64,000 bases of DNA from Candidatus Heimdallarchaeota archaeon (GTDB lineage: Archaea; Asgardarchaeota; Heimdallarchaeia; JABLTI01): assembly GCA_019058275.1 (NCBI GenBank), contig JAHLVW010000062.1:32001-96000 (forward strand), read 5' to 3'. The position numbers were made by a program, and so were the translations under genes. The notes beneath the pieces are model-generated. The model made no database searches, was not told where the DNA came from, and saw only the letters and a list, made by a program, of their open reading frames with translations. This document shows, in pieces, positions 39,237 through 47,336 of the stretch; position 1 is the stretch's first letter, and each line of letters begins with the position of its first letter.

Positions 39237-40367
39237 ATGGTGTTGCATTTGAAACGAATGGTTATGCTTGCAAGAGAAATAACTAAGAAAGAGATTGATT
39301 TAGGAATCGGAACTGAAAGAAGTAGCACAAGACTATCGCCAATATTCAAAACTCTTAATCTTAACATCCCAATTAAAGATGGGAAACCCTACAAACCTGA
39401 AATTCCTATTAATCCCTTTGAAGGTACACCAATGATGGTGATGCCATTATTGTATATTCCTCATGATGAATCTTATTTGTTTGGAACACCATCAATTTTA
39501 GAAAAAGCAAGCGAACAAACAATAAAACCTACAAAAGCAATTTCTGATCCTGGAAAAGGAACAGGTTCACCTGTAATTGCTGCTTCTTTAACTGCTAAAG
39601 ATGATAATATCTTAATAGTCGCACCTTGTGATCAGTACCTAAGTTCTGCAGTGAAATCTGCTGTAAAGCAAATCTTAGAGAATATGGAGAAGGGTGGCTA
39701 CTCTAGTGGAACACTCTTAACAACCGGGACAAGAAATCCAGCTTTTAGTTATCTTAAAGTCAAAGGTGAAAAAGCAACTGAATTTATTTTAAAGGGAACA
39801 ATTCCTACTGATGATATGATTGCTGAAACAATGGTGGTTTGTATTCGTTCAGATTATTTGAAAAAACAGATTCTTGCAACAAAAGATGCGAAATTAAAAG
39901 ATTTGCAGAAAATATATCCCTATCCTAAAGAAGAGATCATAAAGATACAGAATCAACTTCGAGTAATAAGCATTTTAATTGAAACTTGTAAGGATATTGA
40001 TGAATATCTAAAGACTTGTCCATTCTGTGATTTTTCTAAAGTGATTCACAGGTTGCTAATTTCTGATATGACTTATGCTACAGTTGAATATCAAGAGGAA
40101 TGGGACGATCTTGGTGACTGGCAGAAAGTCTATCGTACACCTATTTATCCAAAGGATGAAAGCAATAATGTTGTTTTTTCTAAATCCGGTTTGTTATCAT
40201 ATGCTGATTGTAAGAATTCGATCATAGCGAATTTCACTGAAAATAAAGTAATTGTTAATGGGCTCGAAAATCGGATATATGCAGTTGGTCCAAGAGGTTC
40301 CATTGATTTACCTCTGGATTTGGATCCACAAATCTTCAAAAAAGAGGTTAGTAAAATTAAGATGTAA
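39237..40367 (+). CDS. Divergent mannose-1-phosphate guanylyltransferase-like nucleotidyltransferase
   Basis: STRLSP, DPGKGTG, VAPCDQ, WDDLGDW; beta-helix-like tail (DCKNSII, VIVNGLEN). Confidence 0.7.
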   Translation: MVLHLKRMVMLAREITKKEIDLGIGTERSSTRLSPIFKTLNLNIPIKDGKPYKPEIPINPFEGTPMMVMPLLYIPHDESYLFGTPSILEKASEQTIKPTKAISDPGKGTGSPVIAASLTAKDDNILIVAPCDQYLSSAVKSAVKQILENMEKGGYSSGTLLTTGTRNPAFSYLKVKGEKATEFILKGTIPTDDMIAETMVVCIRSDYLKKQILATKDAKLKDLQKIYPYPKEEIIKIQNQLRVISILIETCKDIDEYLKTCPFCDFSKVIHRLLISDMTYATVEYQEEWDDLGDWQKVYRTPIYPKDESNNVVFSKSGLLSYADCKNSIIANFTENKVIVNGLENRIYAVGPRGSIDLPLDLDPQIFKKEVSKIKM

Positions 40368-40374
40368 AAAGTAT

Positions 40375-41499
40375 TTACTTGGAATATTTTGCTAACTTTT
40401 TCAGTGTATATTTTAGAATTCCTTTAAAGAAACGATGTTCACCAAGCTTCTCTTTACAAAATTCAATTAATCGGTTTTCTTTTAGAGCATCTTGCGCTTC
40501 AACTAAAATTTGTTGATAGATATATGCATTATGCATTGCTCTATTTCTAAACCCTTCATTACCACCTAATTTCATTTTCTGTTCTATTTCTTCAAAATTG
40601 GCATTATTACAAATTGGACATGAGCAACAATATTGATCCCATTTAACACTCGTAGTACACATGGTTGTTTTATTAGATACTTTTCTTGCACCAATTTTAT
40701 CTTGATAAACTAAGAAGTATTTAGCATTTATAATCCATGATATACTTTCAATACTATCAGCTCCTGAAAGCAGAAATAATAAGCCTGCAAGTGGGCTCCC
40801 AACACCAAAAAGATGTAGGATTAAATCTTCACTATTGGAATTGAGCTGTTTTCTTCCTTCTATGACTCTGTCTATAATATTGAAGTATCTTGTATGCGAT
40901 GTAGATGATTGTTTCATTTGAGGAACTAACCCACCAATTCCCCATATTTTAAAATCAGCTATTTTCTTTACTTTTGTAAAATATTGTTTTATCTCTTCAG
41001 GATTTATACCATGAAGTACAGGCATAACCTCAATACCATTGTTTATCTGTTCATTTGCTAATTTAATATTTGAAATAGATTTTTTAGCTAGGTCTTCAGC
41101 TTTTTTAAGTGAGAAATCCTGTAGGATAGGATAATCTAAACCTACAGCAATATCTGCTTTTGAAGCTATTTGAAGATTAATGACTTTATTCGGGTCAATT
41201 TCCTCTCCTTCCCCTCGAGAAATAAATTGAAATCCCCCGGAATCCATTGCACAAATTTCATTTTTCAAACCAAGTTCTTTATGAATTCCGTTTTCTCGTA
41301 TTCTCTTTTCAAGTCGTCCATTACGTAATATATCATAAGCATTTGTCATTACAGAAATATTTGGAATGTTCAACCATGGTCTAGGGTTATTATCTCTAAA
41401 AGAATAAGTTAACATCATTGTCGGAGTATGGAAATCCTTAGCGTTTACTTTAGTTATTTTTTCTATTGCTAAACCATTTGACTCCTTAGGTTTCAACAT
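40375..41499 (-). CDS. tRNA-guanine transglycosylase (TGT)-family protein, no PUA domain
   Basis: MDSGGFQ, LDYP, IGGLVP, HLFGVG, CSCPIC...HN zinc site. Confidence 0.88.
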   Translation of the reverse strand: MLKPKESNGLAIEKITKVNAKDFHTPTMMLTYSFRDNNPRPWLNIPNISVMTNAYDILRNGRLEKRIRENGIHKELGLKNEICAMDSGGFQFISRGEGEEIDPNKVINLQIASKADIAVGLDYPILQDFSLKKAEDLAKKSISNIKLANEQINNGIEVMPVLHGINPEEIKQYFTKVKKIADFKIWGIGGLVPQMKQSSTSHTRYFNIIDRVIEGRKQLNSNSEDLILHLFGVGSPLAGLLFLLSGADSIESISWIINAKYFLVYQDKIGARKVSNKTTMCTTSVKWDQYCCSCPICNNANFEEIEQKMKLGGNEGFRNRAMHNAYIYQQILVEAQDALKENRLIEFCKEKLGEHRFFKGILKYTLKKLAKYSK

Positions 41500-41523
41500 A
41501 TTCTTAATCGCCTATATTACAAA

Positions 41524-42108
41524 CTAGTCGTGATTAATCTTTAGAGTATTTTCGATAATAACCCGTGCTTTTGGAAGATTGTAGGTTAGAGGAGGAGCAT
41601 ATTTTATTCTTGAAAGAAGCTCAGTAATATTATACTGTTTACTCTCTTCATTTTGAAATATTTTTCCGAGTGCTTCCTCAAATATACCCCTGTGATGTTT
41701 AGGAAGGATATAGAATGAATACTTATGTGCTTTAATTAGTTTTGGTAAAACATTAGTTAATCTTCTAATGAAAATATCTCTACCTTTCTTCTGCATTTTC
41801 GAAGGTGGAAACTCATACTTAGTAACAGCAGTATCATCAAATTCCTCTGGAACAACAATTGCTGGTTCTGATATAGTATATATTTGACTGATGTCTCTAA
41901 TCTTCAACTTACTATCAAGCATAGCATAAAAAACTCGTCTATAAGGAGATTTGTAGTAGGGTTTGTATTTAGAACAGCTTAGGAAAAAAGCAATTGGTTT
42001 TTCAATTCTTGGAATGTACTCATTTAACATGAAGTTATAGTGGTTAATAAATCTAGGAGCTTGAAATAATTCATCTCCTCCAATGAGAAATTCATCTAGT
42101 GATTCCAT
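41524..42108 (-). CDS. DUF5591/ArcS-core-like protein
   Basis: CSKYKPYYKSP, ISEPAIVVPEE...YEFPP. Confidence 0.75.
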   Translation of the reverse strand: MESLDEFLIGGDELFQAPRFINHYNFMLNEYIPRIEKPIAFFLSCSKYKPYYKSPYRRVFYAMLDSKLKIRDISQIYTISEPAIVVPEEFDDTAVTKYEFPPSKMQKKGRDIFIRRLTNVLPKLIKAHKYSFYILPKHHRGIFEEALGKIFQNEESKQYNITELLSRIKYAPPLTYNLPKARVIIENTLKINHD

Positions 42109-42293
42109 GAGGAAACCTACTTTTTCCTATTTGTACTACATTTACTAGAAACTGTTCTTAAAAAATTAGTGTATAATGAAAGAATCTAAATCTAAAGTAT
42201 AAAATTGGTTTAGAATATAAAAATGAACTCTTATCTTGAATCCTATGCTAATTACTCTAGATAAAAAGTAAATTCTTACAGGATGAAAAGCTA

Positions 42294-43007
42294 TTGTTAG
42301 ACGAAATTCTAGTTATTCGAGAGAGTATACAAATATTCTATTACAATAGAGATCCAAATAGAGCAATGTCTAATGATTGGTATATCTTACAATCGGGATT
42401 TTTCGTAGCCCTATCAGCATTTGCAAATGAGATGAGTGATGATAAACTCAAATATGTAGTTTTAGAAAACAAATTGTACGCTCTCGATGAAGTATCAGAT
42501 ATTCTTGTAATTTTTGGTGACAAAGAAAAAATGACTCAAGAAGTTGTCAGCAAATTACAAGGTGAAATAACGAAAACAGCTAATTATCTTAGCTATATAT
42601 TAGACAAGTATGATTGAGAAACATTTGTTACAAGTCCTTCACAATTAAATGAAATTGCTAACGATTTTGGAGATTATTTAAAACAAGAAGATCTAGTTGA
42701 AGATGATTCACCTTTTGATCCTCATGAATCAAGAAGTATGATGCAGAAATTTATCTTCAAATCAATTGGTTATACACCTGGTCAATGCAATATTGGAAGA
42801 GCAGAACGCCTCAAAAGGCTACTAATAGGAATGATGGGCTTTGTTGCTGCAATTATCTCTGCAATTCTAATCATGTTCTTCAATGGAAATCCTTGGTTTA
42901 TGCTTACTTTAGATGTACCATTAGGGATGGGTTTCTTTAGTCTATATCAATATCTGTTCAAATTCTGCGTTGTTAATGGATTAACTAAAAAATATGATAT
43001 GCATTAA
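42294..43007 (+). pseudogene. Longin/roadblock domain fused to a YgaP/DUF2892-like TM hairpin, interrupted by one in-frame TGA (42615-42617)
   Basis: ORFs 42294-42617 and 42738-43007 share a frame with 40 open codons between them; LQSGFFVALSAFANEM and YTPGQCNIGRAER...FCV. Confidence 0.7.
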
Positions 43008-43019
43008 GGAGGATTAAAT

Positions 43020-43193
43020 TTGTCAGAAACTACAAAATTAAAATTACCCAAACCTGAGTTGTTTGAAGGAGAAGTAGATTTCCCTGAAATGATTAAAAAA
43101 GACTTTCATAAAGCAGTTTTGATCCTTTCACTAACAGCTCTTTCAACTATTATTTTAGTCGGTGCATTGTGGGCTTTAGCATTTTTCCTTTAA
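43020..43193 (+). CDS. 57-aa tail-anchored microprotein
   Basis: Not in ORF track; AGGAGG RBS, TTG start; MSETTKLKLPKPELFEGEVDFPEMIKKDFHKAVLILSLTALSTIILVGALWALAFFL. Confidence 0.7.
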   Translation: MSETTKLKLPKPELFEGEVDFPEMIKKDFHKAVLILSLTALSTIILVGALWALAFFL

Positions 43194-43317
43194 AAAAGGT
43201 AAACCTACTATTACAATTTTTTTGTTACTAGTATTATTTATCTTTTCGAAATACTTTTTTTAAGAAGAGAATCTTTTGTGAACATAGATCTATAATAAGT
43301 ACAATGTTGGAATAAAG

Positions 43318-44322
43318 ATGGCAAAAAAAGTTGCTATTAATGGGTTTGGACGTATAGGACGTAACTTCTACAGAAGTGTGGTTGAAAACTATCCGGAAAT
43401 TGATGTTGTTTCAATTAACGATTTGTTTGAACCGAGATATTTAGCTTATGTACTAAAGTATGATTCGGTTTTTGGGAAATTCAAGGGAACAGTAGAAGCT
43501 ACTGACAATTCTCTGATTATTAACGAAAAAGAAATTCCAGTGACAGCTGAAAGAGATCCAGCTAATTTATCTCATTCAAAGAATGAAGTTGATGTTGCTG
43601 TGGAATGTACTGGTTTCTTTGTAGATAGAGATGGTGCAAAAAAACATCTTGAAGCAGGAGCTAATAAAGTTCTCATAAGCGCTCCAGCAAAGAAACCTGA
43701 TATTACTGTGGTACTGGGTTGCAATGATGATAAACTAACTGATGAGCATAAAATAGTATCAAGTGCTTCTTGCACAACAAACTGTTTGGCACCAATTGTA
43801 AAAGTATTGGATGACAATTACAAAATAATACAAGGTGTAATGACAACAATTCACTCTTATACTGGTAATCAAAATCCTGTAGATACTGGCAGATCAGGTG
43901 ATCCAGTAAAAATGATTCGTGGTAGAGCTTGTGCAGTAAACATTATACCAACATCAACAGGAGCTGCCAAAGCAATAGGAGAGGTTTTCCCACATCTAAA
44001 AGGCAAGTTAGATGGTTTTGCAATGAGGGTCCCAACAGTTAATGGTAGTGTGGTAGATTTGAAAATAAATGTCGAGAAAATTCCTACTATCGAAGACATT
44101 AATAAAGAAATGAAAGCTGCTGCTAAAGGAAGTCTTAAGGGAATTTTGGCTTATACAGACGATCCAATTGTTTCAACAGATATAATTGGTGATCCACATA
44201 GCTCAATCTATTCTAGTATCTGGACTAAAATTGTAGGAAATATGATTTCTGTTGTTAGTTGGTACGATAATGAATGGGGATACTCTAATCGAATGGTTGA
44301 ATTGATTGTAAAATATCTATGA
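43318..44322 (+). CDS. gap: Class I glyceraldehyde-3-phosphate dehydrogenase
   Basis: INGFGRIGR, SCTTNCLAP, TGAAKA, WYDNEWGYS. Confidence 0.97.
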   Translation: MAKKVAINGFGRIGRNFYRSVVENYPEIDVVSINDLFEPRYLAYVLKYDSVFGKFKGTVEATDNSLIINEKEIPVTAERDPANLSHSKNEVDVAVECTGFFVDRDGAKKHLEAGANKVLISAPAKKPDITVVLGCNDDKLTDEHKIVSSASCTTNCLAPIVKVLDDNYKIIQGVMTTIHSYTGNQNPVDTGRSGDPVKMIRGRACAVNIIPTSTGAAKAIGEVFPHLKGKLDGFAMRVPTVNGSVVDLKINVEKIPTIEDINKEMKAAAKGSLKGILAYTDDPIVSTDIIGDPHSSIYSSIWTKIVGNMISVVSWYDNEWGYSNRMVELIVKYL

Positions 44323-44350
44323 AAAGTGATTTCTCACTTTTCTTTATTTC

Positions 44351-44998
44351 TTATTTAGCTGTTGAAACTTTTTTTCTTTGATAAAGAATGACTCCAATGA
44401 CTACACCAGAAATCGGAATCAGTGCTAAAAATGCATAAGGCCATTTAACACTTTTAGTTAATTCACTTGTTCTGATAAATTCAAATTCACCAATTTCCAG
44501 TGTACTTACTAATAAAGGATGGTTATACGCATAAATATGCACTAAAACACCATCATGCTTCCAGTAAGTAGCATTAATGATGAGGGATGAATTAAAGACC
44601 TGAAAACCCCAGTAATCTTTATCTTCGACAATTTCATATCCAAATTCCTGATACTCTATAGCCAATTTATCCCACGTTCGATTTTTTATTAATATACCAA
44701 CGAAGAAAATTGTAGCTGTTGAAAATCCTTCAATAGTTAATTTTGTTTTTAATAGAGGTGGATCGACAATGGAGAATTCTACTTTCATTGTAACATTTTC
44801 TCGAAAAGTAACTGCTCCTAAAGATGCAGTTATTGCAGAATTATTTAGTGCTCTAAAACGATTTATATAGAAATTAAAGTTATCTCCAACTTTAACATTG
44901 TATTTACCAGTAGTATATTGAGGGAATGTTGTAAAAACAAATAGACCTATGATAACATATGAAATAAAGATTGTAATTTTCTTCTTCTTTGTAAGCAA
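44351..44998 (-). CDS. Exported protein with C-terminal membrane anchor
   Basis: N-terminal signal/TM, beta-rich core, C-terminal TM followed by basic residues. Confidence 0.7.
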   Translation of the reverse strand: MLTKKKKITIFISYVIIGLFVFTTFPQYTTGKYNVKVGDNFNFYINRFRALNNSAITASLGAVTFRENVTMKVEFSIVDPPLLKTKLTIEGFSTATIFFVGILIKNRTWDKLAIEYQEFGYEIVEDKDYWGFQVFNSSLIINATYWKHDGVLVHIYAYNHPLLVSTLEIGEFEFIRTSELTKSVKWPYAFLALIPISGVVIGVILYQRKKVSTAK

Positions 44999-45165
44999 AT
45001 TGAACCAACTACCTCAATTAATTTTCTTAACTGTAAATCATTTATTTTTAATGTCTAAAATGTCTTGTTAAATTTTACTATTATATCAAACTTAGTGTTT
45101 GCCTTTGTATAATGACTTATTAATCAAATTGGAATAATAAATTTGTAATTTATTGAAAAAGAAAT

Positions 45166-47271
45166 ATGGTGATTTTATTAATGGGATTAGATAAAATTGA
45201 AAACAAACTAACAAAATCATTTTTTCCCAGAGAGTTTAAGCAATATAAGAGAAACTTGTCCGATGTTGAAATAGCACTGATTAGAAATGCATTTGAAAAA
45301 GCAAACGCTTTGGAAAAATGTGATTATTTCACATTTTGTAAAACGGTTATTTGTGTCTCATTAGATTATCTTGGACAGTATCCTGAGCTTGAATATTTTG
45401 CAGCTGAAATTGCTTATGAAATCAGAAGATTAGATGATTTAGAGTTTATTGTTAGAGTATCAAATAATCCCTATGTTTTGTTACCTCTCGCTAAAGGTTT
45501 AATTGCTAAGAATTCTCTTGGTAGAGCAGCTGCTAATATTAGAATTGTGGAATCTAAAATAAAACCCGATGATTTAGTTTACCAATTGGAATTATATCTT
45601 GTAAAATCCTATTATGCAGTTGCTAATGGAAATCTCACAGATGCACTTTTTCACATTTTAGCAGCAAAAGAATTTCTTAGATCCTCAGAAAACGAACTTG
45701 ATATCATTCAAGCTAATACCTTTGATGCACAAATTTTGGTTGATGAGTGCAAGATATTATTCGAAATGGGTCGTTATGACAAAGTTTTCGACAACGTTAA
45801 TGAAGGTTTAACTTTAGCAAAGAAAATTGGCAATAGACCATTAACTGTATTGTTTGAGATTTTTTATGGAATGTATTTAATAGATTACAAAAGTTCACTG
45901 GATGAAGGAAATCAACATCACTATATAGCTGCATCTATTGCTAGAAAATTAAGGAATCCATATTTAATTGCAATTACACTAGAGACAATAGGTAATAACT
46001 TACAACTACAAAGAAAAATCGAAGAAGGAATCAAATTCTGTAAACATGCAGAGAGATTATATAAGAAAATTGGTGATGAACAAAATCGAATGATAATTGC
46101 TATTAAAATTGCTAATTTGCAAATAGCTTTTGGTAATGTTTCATCTGCAATGAGTATACTTCTGGACTTAGAAACATTAGGCAGTAAAAACCCATTAACA
46201 TATCTTAATTTGGTCTATGCATTTATCAAAATTGACGATTTAGATCTAGCTGAGACTTATCTTGAGAAAACTAAAAAACATTTAAGAGGAAGAGGGGACC
46301 TTACAGGTGAATTTCTATTAATTTACTATGAAGGATTAATAGAATTCCAATCAGGGAATTTCGGTAAAGCAGAAATGCTCTTTGCACATGCACAGGAATT
46401 TGCTGAATTAAATAAATTATCAAAACAAGCTCTAAACGCAAGTCTGCAATTAGTGAATGTTTTGGTCTCAAAAAATATAGCTTTTCCATCAAAAAGAAAT
46501 TTCAAAAAAGCGAAATTTTCTATTGTTGAGCTAAGTAGTCAAGTTAAGAAAGATGAACAATCAATAGAATATAATAATTGTGAATTACTAAAAGCAATAC
46601 TTTTGTTTTCAAATAATAACTACCAAGAAGCAAAAGATATTTTCAAACGATTGGAATCATTCTACTTCTCAATACGTTTATTTGAGAAAATTAGCACTGT
46701 ACAAGAATATCTAGAAAGATTATCTCACCTTGAAGAAATTGGTGCTATAAGCTTAGATAAAACAGAAAGAACTACTAAAGAATTTTCAGAATTTGAAAAA
46801 ACTCCTGCTCCAATACTTCCTCCAAATGTCGAACCCCCACAATCATATATTGAAGATGATGCCAATCCAATTCTCTTACTAATTCTATCTCATGGAGGTT
46901 TGCCAATATACTCCCATTATTTCAGAGAAGGGTTCGAAAATCTAGATGAAACTTTAGTATCTGGGTTTTTAGGAGCAATAGTGTCATTCGCAGAGAAGCT
47001 AGGTGAAAGCAATATAAGACAAACAAGAAGTGGATTAGGTAGGGGTTTCTTACAAGGCATAAGGCATGGTGACTTTGAAATTTTACTTGAGAGAAGTGAA
47101 AGATACCTGATCGCATTAGTCGCAGATCAAGAAAATTATCTAATACGAAAACAACTGAAAAGGTTAGTAGATGAAATAAATGTTCTATTTCTAATAGATG
47201 ATGAACCAATCATTGTATTAGGTGAAAATAACCGTCTCTATATTCAAAGTGTTGTGAATAGGATCTTTTAA
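45166..47271 (+). CDS. TPR-repeat protein with C-terminal longin domain
   Basis: TPR helices; LLILSHGGLPIYS...DETLVSGFLGAIVSF...LIALV. Confidence 0.8.
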   Translation: MVILLMGLDKIENKLTKSFFPREFKQYKRNLSDVEIALIRNAFEKANALEKCDYFTFCKTVICVSLDYLGQYPELEYFAAEIAYEIRRLDDLEFIVRVSNNPYVLLPLAKGLIAKNSLGRAAANIRIVESKIKPDDLVYQLELYLVKSYYAVANGNLTDALFHILAAKEFLRSSENELDIIQANTFDAQILVDECKILFEMGRYDKVFDNVNEGLTLAKKIGNRPLTVLFEIFYGMYLIDYKSSLDEGNQHHYIAASIARKLRNPYLIAITLETIGNNLQLQRKIEEGIKFCKHAERLYKKIGDEQNRMIIAIKIANLQIAFGNVSSAMSILLDLETLGSKNPLTYLNLVYAFIKIDDLDLAETYLEKTKKHLRGRGDLTGEFLLIYYEGLIEFQSGNFGKAEMLFAHAQEFAELNKLSKQALNASLQLVNVLVSKNIAFPSKRNFKKAKFSIVELSSQVKKDEQSIEYNNCELLKAILLFSNNNYQEAKDIFKRLESFYFSIRLFEKISTVQEYLERLSHLEEIGAISLDKTERTTKEFSEFEKTPAPILPPNVEPPQSYIEDDANPILLLILSHGGLPIYSHYFREGFENLDETLVSGFLGAIVSFAEKLGESNIRQTRSGLGRGFLQGIRHGDFEILLERSERYLIALVADQENYLIRKQLKRLVDEINVLFLIDDEPIIVLGENNRLYIQSVVNRIF

Positions 47272-47336
47272 GTAAGAAAAAAACTAATAATGGAAACTTG
47301 ATTAAAAAAATCAAGAATCCAATTATATTACTACAT

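Noticed and set aside
42615-42617. TGA read as selenocysteine
   Set aside because: The context KYD*ETF is not a redox motif and no SECIS-like hairpin is evident downstream; a Leu TTA-to-TGA change is simpler
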